Source: a virus (taxonomy: Duplodnaviria > Caudoviricetes). From it: 62,212 bases of DNA. The notes under the pieces are model-generated. The model was not told where the DNA came from. It saw nothing but the letters and a program-made list of their open reading frames with translations, and did no database searches. The stretch spans positions 1 to 62,212 of the IMG/VR virus record IMGVR_UViG_3300025138_000039; one strand, given 5' to 3'. Each line of letters starts with the position of its first letter. Position 1 is the first letter of the stretch. Both the position numbers and the translations under genes were made by a program. Below are positions 37,162-47,400 of this stretch, one piece after another.

Positions 37162-38334
37162 ATGTCTAGCATGTTAGAACAAGCAATTGCCGATGCTGCG
37201 GCTCTTAGAGAGCAGGCCATCAAGAACGCAGAACAATCCGTTCTCGACAAATATTCAAAGCAAATCAAAGAAGCTGTTGATCAAATGTTAGAGATGGGAG
37301 AGCCTCCCAGCAAAGTTGATGAAATCATCAATGAAGTTGAAAATGAATTAATGCAAGAAGAGGAAGCCGCTGCTGCGGCTGTCGGTGCTTCTGCTCCCGA
37401 AACTACTGCTCCAATCGAAGCACTTGGTGCATATGATAGTCGACCCGGAACAGAAGATTTATACACAAGAATTTCAGCTCTTGTGGAGGACTTACCAGTT
37501 GACCCTGTCGATGGAATGATTAATTTAGACCTTGGAGACTTTTCACTAGAGCAAGATGAAGCAGATGCCGCTGATGGTGGCCTGGATGACTCTCTAGGGG
37601 GTCTTGATGATCTTGGAATGGATACACCCTCTGGTGATACCGAAGGTGGCTTAGACGACATCCTTGACGACGGTGGAGACGACATGGATTTGCAACTGCA
37701 AGAAGTCTTAGATATGCTATCTGAAGGATCAGAGGAAGTTATCGAAGAGAAGCAGGTCCCCATTGATTTTGAACCTAGAACTGCAGCCAAAGGAGTTTGG
37801 AGACATAATGAAAGCGAAGAAGATTTCATCGCATCAATGGCAAACATTATATATCCAGATCCCGAAGAAGCCGAAGCTGAAGAAGCTTCTGAAGATGAAG
37901 ACGACACTATGGGTGTCGTAAACGAATTAAACGAGACATTAGAGTTTCTGACGAACCAGAACAATCAAATGGAAAGCGTCCTATCCAAGATGGAAGTCTA
38001 TCTTGAGGAAACACTATTGTCCAACGCAAAACTTTTATATCAAAACCGTACATTGAATGACATCTCCCTGAATGAGCGACAAAAGTCAAAAATTGTCGAA
38101 GCCATTTCAAATGCGGAGTCTCCGAAAGAAGCTAAAAAACTTCATGAGACACTCAAAGCAACAGTGGGGTCGACGCCTAATAGCAAAAGAGGCCCACAAT
38201 CACTGAGCGAGTCTGTCAACCGAAGATCGAACTTAAGTTCTATGTTGAATTCGAGACAAAACATTAAAGAAAGCAAGCAATCTGAAGATTCTTTTAAAGA
38301 GAAGATGCAGAAGCTTGCAGGCATAAAAAAATAA
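37162..38334 (+). CDS. Prohead scaffold/core protein (gp22-like)
   Basis: Very acidic coiled coil immediately before the MCP; LSNAKLLY; ends MQKLAGIKK; many L/I-x-E sites. Confidence 0.75.
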   Translation: MSSMLEQAIADAAALREQAIKNAEQSVLDKYSKQIKEAVDQMLEMGEPPSKVDEIINEVENELMQEEEAAAAAVGASAPETTAPIEALGAYDSRPGTEDLYTRISALVEDLPVDPVDGMINLDLGDFSLEQDEADAADGGLDDSLGGLDDLGMDTPSGDTEGGLDDILDDGGDDMDLQLQEVLDMLSEGSEEVIEEKQVPIDFEPRTAAKGVWRHNESEEDFIASMANIIYPDPEEAEAEEASEDEDDTMGVVNELNETLEFLTNQNNQMESVLSKMEVYLEETLLSNAKLLYQNRTLNDISLNERQKSKIVEAISNAESPKEAKKLHETLKATVGSTPNSKRGPQSLSESVNRRSNLSSMLNSRQNIKESKQSEDSFKEKMQKLAGIKK

Positions 38335-38351
38335 TTTAAGGAGATTTTACA

Positions 38352-40139
38352 ATGTCTATTATCGAAACTCTAACAGAAGGGATGGTACACCGCAATATGC
38401 AACAAGAAGGTGCCGCTCTTTTAAACAAATGGTCACAAACCGGTCTTTTAGAAGGCTTGACCGATGAAAACAAAAAAGCTTCAATGGCTCGTCTATTGGA
38501 GAATCAAGCTCGCGAATTATTGCGTGAGTCTAACACAATGGCTGGTGGATCTGTCGAAGGTTTCGCTGCTGTTGCATTCCCAATCGTTCGTCGTGTATTC
38601 GCTGGATTGATTGCGAACGACTTGGTTTCTGTACAACCAATGTCTCTTCCAAGTGGATTAATCTTCTTCTTGGATTTCACTTTCGGAACAGATCCAAACA
38701 ATCCACCTAACGGAGCTTATAACCGCTTAGGACAAACAAATAGTGACTCTATCTATGGACAAGGAGTAACTGGCTCTCAAATCACTGGTGGTGTTAACTT
38801 GACTTCTGTTGAGTTGGACAAGCAACCTTACGGTTTTCAATCAGCTTATTCTTCACCGACAGGCTCTATTGCTACAGATGTAGCAATCGCCAGCGTCTCT
38901 ACTACATTAGATGGATTCTCTAACTCGGCAACAATCGGACACTCGACTTTTGATGAGGCCTCTATCGACTTTGATCCAGATATCGCATCAACTTATGCAG
39001 CAACAGACAAGCTTCTTCAAGTAACCGTAACAGTTGCAGCATTGGATGCTTCTGGTTTTGCAATGAACTTGGATCAAGTAGGAGCAATCATCGTTCCCTT
39101 GAAAACAGTTAATGATGGAGCTTCAGCAAAAGATCAAGCTAGCGCTGTTCAAATCCGTCGTTTGACTTCAATCTCTAGCGACAAGCTTACTTTGACCTTG
39201 ACTTACAAAATGGATGCAACTGGTGGTAAAGCACTCGCCGGTGCCGGAGTAATTACTGGTGGTGGACGCGCTTCTATCTTTGGTGCTGGTTCTTATCCTG
39301 CAAAAGATACCTTTGAAGAAGGTGGTGGACTTGGTTCTATCGCTGGTGCTGCTAGTTGGGGACTTGAAGGTGAAACGCAAATTCCAGAGATCGACATCAA
39401 AGTTGAATCAATCGCAATCACAGCGGTAACCAAGAAGTTGAAAGCAAAGTGGACTCCAGAATTGGGTCAAGACTTGAACGCTTACCATAACTTGGATGCT
39501 GAAGTAGAATTGACTTCTATCCTTTCTGAGCAAATCGCTCTTGAAATCGACCGTGAAATCTTGTCTGACTTGGTTAACGGCGCAACTGCTGGGACTTTCT
39601 ACTGGTCTCGCTCACCTGGTTTATTTGTAAATAGATTGACTGGTGCTGACCTTACCGCTGGCGGTGTACAAGGTCCTGACTTCACGGGTACTGTTTCTGA
39701 ATGGTATGAAACTTTGATCGAAACAGTCAATGACGTCTCTGCACAAATCCATCGTAAGACTTTGCGTGGTGGTGCTAACTTCGTAGTTGTTTCTCCTGAA
39801 GTTGCGAACATCTTGGAATTCACAGCTGGATTCCGTGCGAACGTTACTGCTGACGCTGACAAAGGCGACATCGGTGCTGTTAAGGTTGGTTCTTTGAACC
39901 GTAAGTTCGACGTTATCGTTGATCCATACTTCCCACGTAACGCACTCTTGGTCGGTCGTAAAGGCGCTTCTTTCTTGGAAAGTGGATATGTTTACGCTCC
40001 ATATGTACCATTGCAAACAACTCCTACCATCTTTGGACCTGAAGACTTCGTTCCTCGCAAAGGTGTTATGACTCGTTACGGTAAGAAAATGGTTCGTCCG
40101 GATATGTACGGATTGGTCATTTGTCGTGACTTGTTGTAA
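38352..40139 (+). CDS. Major capsid protein (T4 gp23-like)
   Basis: VQPMSLPSGLIF, KLKAKWTPELGQDL..H.LDAEVEL..ILS.QI.LEIDREI, YAPYVPL, F.PRKGVMTRYG. Confidence 0.97.
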   Translation: MSIIETLTEGMVHRNMQQEGAALLNKWSQTGLLEGLTDENKKASMARLLENQARELLRESNTMAGGSVEGFAAVAFPIVRRVFAGLIANDLVSVQPMSLPSGLIFFLDFTFGTDPNNPPNGAYNRLGQTNSDSIYGQGVTGSQITGGVNLTSVELDKQPYGFQSAYSSPTGSIATDVAIASVSTTLDGFSNSATIGHSTFDEASIDFDPDIASTYAATDKLLQVTVTVAALDASGFAMNLDQVGAIIVPLKTVNDGASAKDQASAVQIRRLTSISSDKLTLTLTYKMDATGGKALAGAGVITGGGRASIFGAGSYPAKDTFEEGGGLGSIAGAASWGLEGETQIPEIDIKVESIAITAVTKKLKAKWTPELGQDLNAYHNLDAEVELTSILSEQIALEIDREILSDLVNGATAGTFYWSRSPGLFVNRLTGADLTAGGVQGPDFTGTVSEWYETLIETVNDVSAQIHRKTLRGGANFVVVSPEVANILEFTAGFRANVTADADKGDIGAVKVGSLNRKFDVIVDPYFPRNALLVGRKGASFLESGYVYAPYVPLQTTPTIFGPEDFVPRKGVMTRYGKKMVRPDMYGLVICRDLL

Positions 40140-40162
40140 GATTAATTAATTAATCTTCAATT

Positions 40163-40191
40163 GGCTCCAAGTTTCGGCTTGGAGCTTTTTT
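40163..40191 (+). terminator. Intrinsic terminator after the MCP gene
   Basis: GGCTCCAAGT-TTCG-GCTTGGAGCT followed by a T run. Confidence 0.9.
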
Positions 40192-40235
40192 GTTTTAAAA
40201 GACTACTTATAGATATCAATTTAAGGAGATTTATC

Positions 40236-40529
40236 ATGCCCTCACGTTTTATCAAGAAAAGACGAAAACTAGCCCACAAGGCAAGACTAGAAGCTGAAGT
40301 CGCAAAAGTCGCATTAGATGCTATGACCGAAGGAGCCTCATCTTTGGCCAAAGAAGTGGTAGAAGAAGTAAAGGAAACACTAGATGATGCAGCAGAGACC
40401 ATTGCAGTCGCAGCGAAAGAGGCGAAAGAGACAGTCGAAGACATTATTGAAGAAGCAAAAGAAGCTGTTGAAGAAGTCAAAGAAAAAAAGACAACTCGTA
40501 AGCGTTCTAGAAAATCTACTAAAAAGTAA
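40236..40529 (+). CDS. Small charged helical protein (basic-acidic-basic)
   Basis: AAGGAG RBS, ATG 40236; ACTACTTA at 40202 upstream and a terminator downstream. Confidence 0.65.
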   Translation: MPSRFIKKRRKLAHKARLEAEVAKVALDAMTEGASSLAKEVVEEVKETLDDAAETIAVAAKEAKETVEDIIEEAKEAVEEVKEKKTTRKRSRKSTKK

Positions 40530-40558
40530 AATAATTAAGTTTCATTTTAACCTCCTTT

Positions 40559-40593
40559 CCTCTGAATACCTTGGTGTTCGGAGGTTTACTTTT
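40559..40593 (+). terminator. Intrinsic terminator
   Basis: CCTCTGAATAC-CTTG-GTGTTCGGAGG then TTTACTTTT. Confidence 0.75.
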
Positions 40594-40599
40594 AATTAA

Positions 40600-40607
40600 A
40601 CTATTTA
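40600..40607 (+). promoter_or_regulatory. Putative late promoter ACTATTTA
   Basis: Recurring motif before the neck genes. Confidence 0.6.
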
Positions 40608-40626
40608 CAATGACGGAGGGTTTTAT

Positions 40627-41865
40627 ATGTCATTTCCTGATCTTACACCAACATCAACATTATCAGCTATTGTATTATCCGAAAAGGGAACAGAAGCCGA
40701 TGTTGTCGAGTCATTAGCGATTGGTTTTTACACATCAGATGCTTTTTTATCAGGTGCTGCAGCACAGGTAGCATTCACATACAAGAGACTTGGTGGAGAC
40801 GTTCTTGATATCGAGATCACAAACAAAAACGTCTATAATCACTACGAGGAAGCCTGTTTAGAGTATTCCTATATCGTGAACCTACATCAAGCACGAAATG
40901 CCTTAGGGAGCGCCCTAGGAGGCCCTACAGGGTCTTTTGATCATAAGGGCGAAGTATCTGGATCAGACTCGGTATCTCTTAAGTATCCCAAGTTTCAATT
41001 CGACTATGCCTTCAGGGCCGCAGATAAGTTTTCAACAGAAGCAATGGTTGGTGGTACTCAACCAATCTATTCAGCATCCTTTGATAGGGTCATAAAACAA
41101 CAAGACTATGACCTTCAACATATCGTATCTAGCTCTCAGGAGGGAACGCCTTGGGCTGGAATGGATAATAAGAGAATTAAAATAAGACAAGTATACTACA
41201 TATCTCCGAGACAAATGTGGAGATTTTATGGATATTACGGTGGCCTAAACGTTACTGGTGATATGCACAATTACGGACAGTATGCCGATGATTCATCATT
41301 TCAAGTAATACCGCCTTGGCAAAACAAGCTTCAAGCTATACAATATGAAGATCACTTGTATACAAGGACATCTCATTATTCGTATGAGTTGATTGACAAT
41401 AGATTAGTACTATATCCAGCCCCAGACGCTGTTTCCCCAGAAAAGTTCTGGTTTAGATTTACTGTCGAAACTGGTAACGAAGCATTCACTACTGGCTCAT
41501 ATGACTCTGGTGTTGATGGAGTTAACAACATGAACACTATGCCTATGGAGAACATTCCTTTTAATAAGATTAACTCCATCGGCCAACAGTGGGTCAGAAG
41601 GTTCTCCTTAGCGCTCTCTAAAGAGACCCTAGGACAAGTTAGAGGTAAGTTTGGGGGTAGCATACCTATTCCCGGAGACACGGTCTCCTTGAACGCCTCA
41701 GACCTTCTAGGACAAGCTTCTAGCGAACAGCAGACATTAAGAGAAGAGCTCAACAAGCAACTTGATGAAATGCTCTATGCTAAGATTGCCGAGACAGATA
41801 AAGCAATGGTGGACAATATGGACGCAATCGTCTCAAAGACTCCGCTAAAGATTTTTGTGGGGTAA
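40627..41865 (+). CDS. Neck/adaptor protein (T4 gp13-like)
   Basis: RLGGDVLDIEIT; WVRRFSLALSKETLGQVRGKF..IPIPG..V.LN. Confidence 0.85.
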   Translation: MSFPDLTPTSTLSAIVLSEKGTEADVVESLAIGFYTSDAFLSGAAAQVAFTYKRLGGDVLDIEITNKNVYNHYEEACLEYSYIVNLHQARNALGSALGGPTGSFDHKGEVSGSDSVSLKYPKFQFDYAFRAADKFSTEAMVGGTQPIYSASFDRVIKQQDYDLQHIVSSSQEGTPWAGMDNKRIKIRQVYYISPRQMWRFYGYYGGLNVTGDMHNYGQYADDSSFQVIPPWQNKLQAIQYEDHLYTRTSHYSYELIDNRLVLYPAPDAVSPEKFWFRFTVETGNEAFTTGSYDSGVDGVNNMNTMPMENIPFNKINSIGQQWVRRFSLALSKETLGQVRGKFGGSIPIPGDTVSLNASDLLGQASSEQQTLREELNKQLDEMLYAKIAETDKAMVDNMDAIVSKTPLKIFVG

Positions 41866-41870
41866 TCTAG

Positions 41871-42356
41871 ATGGGTAAATGGGAAAGACCAGCACAGCCA
41901 CCTGCGCCTTTATTCTTAGGTGAGAAAGAGAAGAACCTCGTAAAGCAGATCAACGATGAGATCATCGAGAGAGTTGTTGGTCAACAAGTCCTGTACTTTC
42001 CCATCGACGTTGACAACACAGAATTCCATCCATTATATGGAGAGGCAATAGAAAAGACCTTTCTGCATCCAATAAGAGTTTATGCTTTGGTTACCTACAA
42101 TGGTGTTGAAACAGCAGACTTAGAAAACATCGCACTCGACAAGTCGACAAAAATTACCGTCAACTTCCACAAGAGAAGATTGACTGAAGATCAAAATCTA
42201 TTTGTCCGAGAGGGTGACTTTGTAAGGTTTGGATCTATCTACTATGAGATAGTCAAGCTAAACGAGCCCAAGCTTCTCTTTGGACAACCAGAGAGCCGGT
42301 TTGAGATATCAGCTGACTGTATAAGAGCAAGAGACGGAGTATTCAATGCAGGATAG
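41871..42356 (+). CDS. Neck/head-closure protein (gp14-like)
   Basis: GQQVLYF, LYGEA, VREGDFV..G.IYYEI; synteny. Confidence 0.8.
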   Translation: MGKWERPAQPPAPLFLGEKEKNLVKQINDEIIERVVGQQVLYFPIDVDNTEFHPLYGEAIEKTFLHPIRVYALVTYNGVETADLENIALDKSTKITVNFHKRRLTEDQNLFVREGDFVRFGSIYYEIVKLNEPKLLFGQPESRFEISADCIRARDGVFNAG

Positions 42357-43152
42357 TCAAGTTCCAGAAGTACCATCAACATTAGAGAATATAGACACTG
42401 CTGTGTTTAGGTTTGTAGATGAGACACTTAATGCCCACGTAAGAACAAATCAGGGCATCGAGAAGGTTAAGGTATTGTGGTTTGGTTCAGAAAGAGCTTA
42501 TCAGATAAAAAACAACAAAGACTTGAGAGATAGTGTTGGCAAGTTAAGGCTTCCAATCATCACAGTCGCACGAACTGGTGTCTCAAAAGATGATGCTTTT
42601 AAAGGCGCAGTTCAATCGGAAGAGCTCGACAATAACAAGATTATGATAAAGAGAGTCATTAAACAAGACAAGACTCAAAACTTTAAGAACGCTGACCGAC
42701 GTAGAGAGACCGGAGACAATACCGGACCAACAACTTCAAAGAAAGTTGTCTACGAAACAATATCAATCCCAAGGCCCGTATATGTGGCTTGCACATTTGA
42801 AGTATTTATCCGAACAGAATATCAACAACAAATGAATCAGATCTTACCTCTCCTTATTTCCGAGAGAAAAAGAAACTTCACCGTTCAAAATGGTGGATAC
42901 AAATATGAAGCGTTTATCGACTCAGACTTTGGTACATCAAGCTCCGGTAACCTTGGAGAAGAAGAAAGAATATTCACAGCGAAAGCGACCATCAAGATCC
43001 TCGGCTACCTAACGGGCAATGACCATAATGACGACGAACCTTTCATTCAGAGAAAGGAGTCGGTAGTTGAGGTCAAGATCTCAAGAGAGCGTGTGATTGT
43101 TGGAGATAGTAAACCTTGGGATAAGTCGGGTGAGAAATTTAGAGATTTATGA
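42346..43152 (+). CDS. Tail terminator / sheath stabiliser (gp15-like)
   Basis: RLPIITVAR, P.PVYV..TFEV, QMNQIL; sits before the sheath gene. Confidence 0.7.
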   Translation: MQDSQVPEVPSTLENIDTAVFRFVDETLNAHVRTNQGIEKVKVLWFGSERAYQIKNNKDLRDSVGKLRLPIITVARTGVSKDDAFKGAVQSEELDNNKIMIKRVIKQDKTQNFKNADRRRETGDNTGPTTSKKVVYETISIPRPVYVACTFEVFIRTEYQQQMNQILPLLISERKRNFTVQNGGYKYEAFIDSDFGTSSSGNLGEEERIFTAKATIKILGYLTGNDHNDDEPFIQRKESVVEVKISRERVIVGDSKPWDKSGEKFRDL

Positions 43153-43169
43153 CTTTGGGCTTTTATTTA

Positions 43170-43177
43170 ACTATTTA
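43170..43177 (+). promoter_or_regulatory. Putative late promoter ACTATTTA
   Basis: Recurring motif before the sheath gene. Confidence 0.6.
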
Positions 43178-43210
43178 CTAGGAAAATAATATTTTATTAG
43201 GAGTAAATTA

Positions 43211-46200
43211 ATGCCTACCAAGTTTGACTTTGCGTCTCCCGGAATTGAGCTGAGAGAGATCGACCAATCACAAGTAACCCTAGTACCTGAGGAAGATGGA
43301 TTGCTTCTCATCGGTAGATCTAGAAAAGGGCCCTCAATGAAACCTGTTAAGGTTAACAGTTTGGAAAACTTTATCGAAGTTTTTGGAAGACCAATGGATG
43401 GGGTTAAGAGCCAAGATCCATGGCGAGAAGGTAATACTGGCGCTCCTTCATATGCTGGCTATGCTGCTCAAGCCTATTTGGCTGCTGGAGTTGGCCCTGT
43501 TAAATTCCTTCGCTTAGCTGGAATTAAAGAAGCTGGTGCATCTTATGAAGCTGGTTGGAGTGTTCCTCAGGATAACCTTGGAGGCGCAATCACTACCGTT
43601 GGCGCAGTTCAATCTGCCGTTGGAATCTTTGTCGCATCTAACACAAACCCTGCTACTCAAGCTGCTTCTGTGACGGTAACTATTGACGACACCGGTCGAT
43701 CAACAACCGTTGATGGAGACACTTTAACTATTGAAAATGCTTCTGGTGTTGGGATTGTATTTACTTTCAAAACAACCGTAGTAGCCGCTACTGATATAGG
43801 ACCTGTTCCGACTATTTGTGGAACTAGAGCACAAATGGCAACTGCGATGGTTGCTGTTATCAATAATCATGCGGACTTCGAAGCAGTGCAAGCAGATCCT
43901 GCAGATGATTTCTTCATCATAACACAAGCAGTTTCCGGCCCCACTGGTAACACTCGAACTATATCGTATAGCAGAACATTGCTCTTCACAGTTGCCTCTG
44001 GAGTCATAACGTTTACAGGCGGTCTTCCAACGACAGCTGCATTAAGCGGAACACTTGCTGCAGTTCTTTACATGAGCGCAAGTAACATCACATTATCTGG
44101 TAATGGACGTTTTGGAACAGCCATCACTAAAGATGGAGCAACCGCTATTGTTAAAGGGACAAGTGGTTGGACCGCTCATGTATCTGGTGGCGTTAACGCT
44201 GAACAAGAATATACCTTTAACTTCGACTCAGCATCACCAAACTTTATCAGAAATGTTTTTAACACAGATGCTACAGAGTTCGCAGATGGAACAGGTACTA
44301 ATGCTTTGAACTACTTCTTAGGCGAGACCTTTGAACATGCAGTTAATAGACTAGATGCTAGCAATGACCTCATTGCTTTCACAGCAGCGATTCGTTCTGG
44401 ATCAAATGGTGAATTCACTGATTGGCAATCCGAAGCCACAGCAGCAAAGTCTGGTTGGTTTATCGGTGCGAAGCCTGCACAAAAGAAATTGTTTAGATTG
44501 GTAGCTTTAGAAGAAGGCTCAGACTTTCACAAGAATCACGTCGTGAGAATCAAAGATATTCGTCGCGGTACTGCTCTTAGTCCAAATGCTACATTCTCTT
44601 TGGAGATCGCTGGTGTTGGAATGAAGGCTTCTCAATACATTGAAAAGTTTGTAAACTTAACTTTAAATCCTGCTGATGCGAATTATATCGAAAAGAAAAT
44701 TGGGAACATCAATCAAGAATGGAATGGCAAAAAAGTTATTACCACGGGTACATACACTAACAATTCTAACTTAGTCAGAGTTGAAATGCCTACAGCTACA
44801 GCGACAATCGGAGCTGACTTTCCAGTTGGATTCGTTGGACCAAGAACTTATCTTGGCGATGTTGCAATTACACAACTCAATGCTGCTAGATCTGAAGATT
44901 GGATCTTCGGTAAAAATACCTTACCAGACGGTCAGTCTAATAAACTAATTGACGAACTCAAAGTTGGCGATACAGTAACTGTTTCTTATCCGAAATATGG
45001 GTTGTCAACAGTAGGTACGAATATAAGAAACGGAGACTATGGTTCTACTGCATTACTTGGACTCTCTTACGCTGCTCAAAAAGGCGACGAGAACTTCGGA
45101 GACCTAGGTCAATTAAGAGCAGACTCTCTATTTCAGCCACACTTAGCAGAAGGTGATGCACTGTCTGAAGCATCATACACGTTCACTTTGGACGAAGTTA
45201 AGAAGCTTGGCGGCAAGTATTTCTTCGAATCTGGTTCAACCCCAGTAATAACACTTGCTACACTTATTGACACAGATGGTGTTAAGCAATTTGTCGCACC
45301 ATTCTTCGGTGGATTTGACGGACTTAACATTAAGTTGCAAAACCCATTCAACAAAGTTGAGTTGGATGCAAGCGGATACGCTCAATACTCAATGGAATCT
45401 GCGCTTAACATGGTAGCAGATAGAGACGTTATTCGTTATGACTTGATCTCTATACCGGGTGTTACAAACCGTTCAGTAAATCAAGACTTGATTTCACAAA
45501 CTGAGGCTCGTGGTGATGCATTAGCAATTATCGATGTTGAAGGTATTTTTTCACCTGCAGTTGATAATGGTCTTACTACAGATACTCCTCAAACCATCAG
45601 TGGTATTGTCGGTGAAATAAATGCTGCCGGATTAGATAGTTCTTATGCTGCGACTTATTATCCAAATGTCCGATTGTCTGATACTTTAAATGGAAATGGA
45701 ACTATTATCGTAGCTCCACCATCAGTAGCTGCTCTTGGAGCGATTGCGAAATCAGAAGCTGACTCTCAGCCATGGTTTGCGCCTGCTGGATTCCAAAGAG
45801 GTGGACTAAACCCTCTTGGTGGATCTGGAGGTCCTGCAGTACTAGGAACAATCGAACACTTAACTAAAGCTGATCGCGATAGCTTATACGAAGTAAACAT
45901 CAATCCAATCGCACGTTTCCCTGCAACAGGTGACACCGTGATCTTTGGACAAAAAACTCTTCAACAATCAGCATCTGCATTAGATAGAATCAACGTTCGT
46001 CGTTTGATGAACTATCTGAAGAAAGAAATCGGAGATATTGCTGATACTATCTTGTTTGATCAAAACGTCCAAGCAACTTGGAATCGTTTTAAGGCTCAAG
46101 CAGACATCGTTCTCTCCGGAGTTAAGGCTGAATTTGGTGTTACTGAATACAAGCTTGTTCTTGATGAGACCACCACAACCCCAGATCTTCAAGATCGAAA

Positions 46201-46294
46201 CATTTTGTACGCAAAGGTTTTCGTTAAGCCTGCCCGTGCGATCGAGTTTATCGCTGTTGACTTTGTTATCACTCAAAGTGGCGTAGAATTTTAA
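43211..46294 (+). CDS. Contractile tail sheath protein (gp18-like)
   Basis: SPGIELREID; SSYAATYYP; PWFAPAGFQRG; INPI; FGQKTL; DRINVRRL; KPARAIEFI. Confidence 0.97.
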   Translation: MPTKFDFASPGIELREIDQSQVTLVPEEDGLLLIGRSRKGPSMKPVKVNSLENFIEVFGRPMDGVKSQDPWREGNTGAPSYAGYAAQAYLAAGVGPVKFLRLAGIKEAGASYEAGWSVPQDNLGGAITTVGAVQSAVGIFVASNTNPATQAASVTVTIDDTGRSTTVDGDTLTIENASGVGIVFTFKTTVVAATDIGPVPTICGTRAQMATAMVAVINNHADFEAVQADPADDFFIITQAVSGPTGNTRTISYSRTLLFTVASGVITFTGGLPTTAALSGTLAAVLYMSASNITLSGNGRFGTAITKDGATAIVKGTSGWTAHVSGGVNAEQEYTFNFDSASPNFIRNVFNTDATEFADGTGTNALNYFLGETFEHAVNRLDASNDLIAFTAAIRSGSNGEFTDWQSEATAAKSGWFIGAKPAQKKLFRLVALEEGSDFHKNHVVRIKDIRRGTALSPNATFSLEIAGVGMKASQYIEKFVNLTLNPADANYIEKKIGNINQEWNGKKVITTGTYTNNSNLVRVEMPTATATIGADFPVGFVGPRTYLGDVAITQLNAARSEDWIFGKNTLPDGQSNKLIDELKVGDTVTVSYPKYGLSTVGTNIRNGDYGSTALLGLSYAAQKGDENFGDLGQLRADSLFQPHLAEGDALSEASYTFTLDEVKKLGGKYFFESGSTPVITLATLIDTDGVKQFVAPFFGGFDGLNIKLQNPFNKVELDASGYAQYSMESALNMVADRDVIRYDLISIPGVTNRSVNQDLISQTEARGDALAIIDVEGIFSPAVDNGLTTDTPQTISGIVGEINAAGLDSSYAATYYPNVRLSDTLNGNGTIIVAPPSVAALGAIAKSEADSQPWFAPAGFQRGGLNPLGGSGGPAVLGTIEHLTKADRDSLYEVNINPIARFPATGDTVIFGQKTLQQSASALDRINVRRLMNYLKKEIGDIADTILFDQNVQATWNRFKAQADIVLSGVKAEFGVTEYKLVLDETTTTPDLQDRNILYAKVFVKPARAIEFIAVDFVITQSGVEF

Positions 46295-46330
46295 TCAACA
46301 CTAATTATTAATAAATAGGAGAATTACATT

Positions 46331-46891
46331 ATGTCATTTTGGACAGAAGCATCGATAGAGCCTAAAAGAAATTTTAGATTTAAAGTGGAGATCACTGGTT
46401 TTGGGGACAACTCTGTTATCTGGTGGGCGAAGAACTTCAAGACCCCATCTTACGATATCGCGGAAGCAACTCACGACTTCATGGACAACAAGTATTACTT
46501 TCCTGGTCGCTTGACTTGGACTGATTGCAGCATGTCTCTAGTGGACCCAGTTTCACCAAATGCAGCTCAATTAACCAATGATATCGTCTTAAAGGCCGGT
46601 TTCAAAATTAAGACCGCTAACGATCTTAATGTAGCTGGAGCATTGACTACAATGTCCAAAAAGAATTCTGTAAATGTTGCTACCAAATCCGTTATCGTTA
46701 CAATTTTAAATTCAGAAGGTAACATGATTGAAGAATGGACCTTGCAGAATGCTTGGTTGAAAGGAGTTTCGTTTTCTGACTTATCTTATGACAACGATGA
46801 CTTGAGAACAATCGACATGACTTGGCGATATGACTGGGCTGAATGTGCTCACGGCGACGGAAGCGCTTCACAATTCACGACTAACAACTAA
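46331..46891 (+). CDS. Tail tube protein (gp19-like)
   Basis: EPKRNFRF, FPGRLTW, EEWTLQNAW, LSYD, RYDWA; ACTAATTA upstream at 46300. Confidence 0.9.
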   Translation: MSFWTEASIEPKRNFRFKVEITGFGDNSVIWWAKNFKTPSYDIAEATHDFMDNKYYFPGRLTWTDCSMSLVDPVSPNAAQLTNDIVLKAGFKIKTANDLNVAGALTTMSKKNSVNVATKSVIVTILNSEGNMIEEWTLQNAWLKGVSFSDLSYDNDDLRTIDMTWRYDWAECAHGDGSASQFTTNN

Positions 46892-46903
46892 TAGAGGCTA
46901 TAC

Positions 46904-47389
46904 ATGACCTTTTGGACGGAAGCAAGTCTTGAACCTAAAAGAAACTTTAGATTTAAATTGTTAGATGGCGATCAGACAACTTGGTGGTGGGCTAAGTCGG
47001 TTGATAAGCCATCTTTCGAGATTTCTAACAGTGAATATCAACTTATCAATCACAAATTCAAATATCCCGGTATTGCTACATGGAAACCCATCTCATTAAT
47101 TGTAGCAGACGTAGGAGATATTATCAACCTACTAGTGGACGAGTTGAGAGAATTAGGATATGTAGACCCTAGTAGCGAGGATCCCATGGAAGGCTTGGCA
47201 AAAGCTAACAAAGGATTCATTGAAGGACTCTCAATTCAACAATTGGATGCCGATGGAGAACCAGTTGAATCATGGACAGTCAAAGGAGCTTTCATGACTT
47301 CGCTGTCTTTCTCGAGACTTGACTATGGAAGTGATGACATAACAGAAATAACAATAGAAGTGGCCTACGACTACGCCACTTTTGAATAA
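46904..47389 (+). CDS. Second tail tube paralog
   Basis: MTFWTEASLEPKRNFRF nearly identical to the previous gene; YPGIATW, ESWTVKGAF, YDYA. Confidence 0.85.
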   Translation: MTFWTEASLEPKRNFRFKLLDGDQTTWWWAKSVDKPSFEISNSEYQLINHKFKYPGIATWKPISLIVADVGDIINLLVDELRELGYVDPSSEDPMEGLAKANKGFIEGLSIQQLDADGEPVESWTVKGAFMTSLSFSRLDYGSDDITEITIEVAYDYATFE

Positions 47390-47400
47390 TTGGAGGTATA

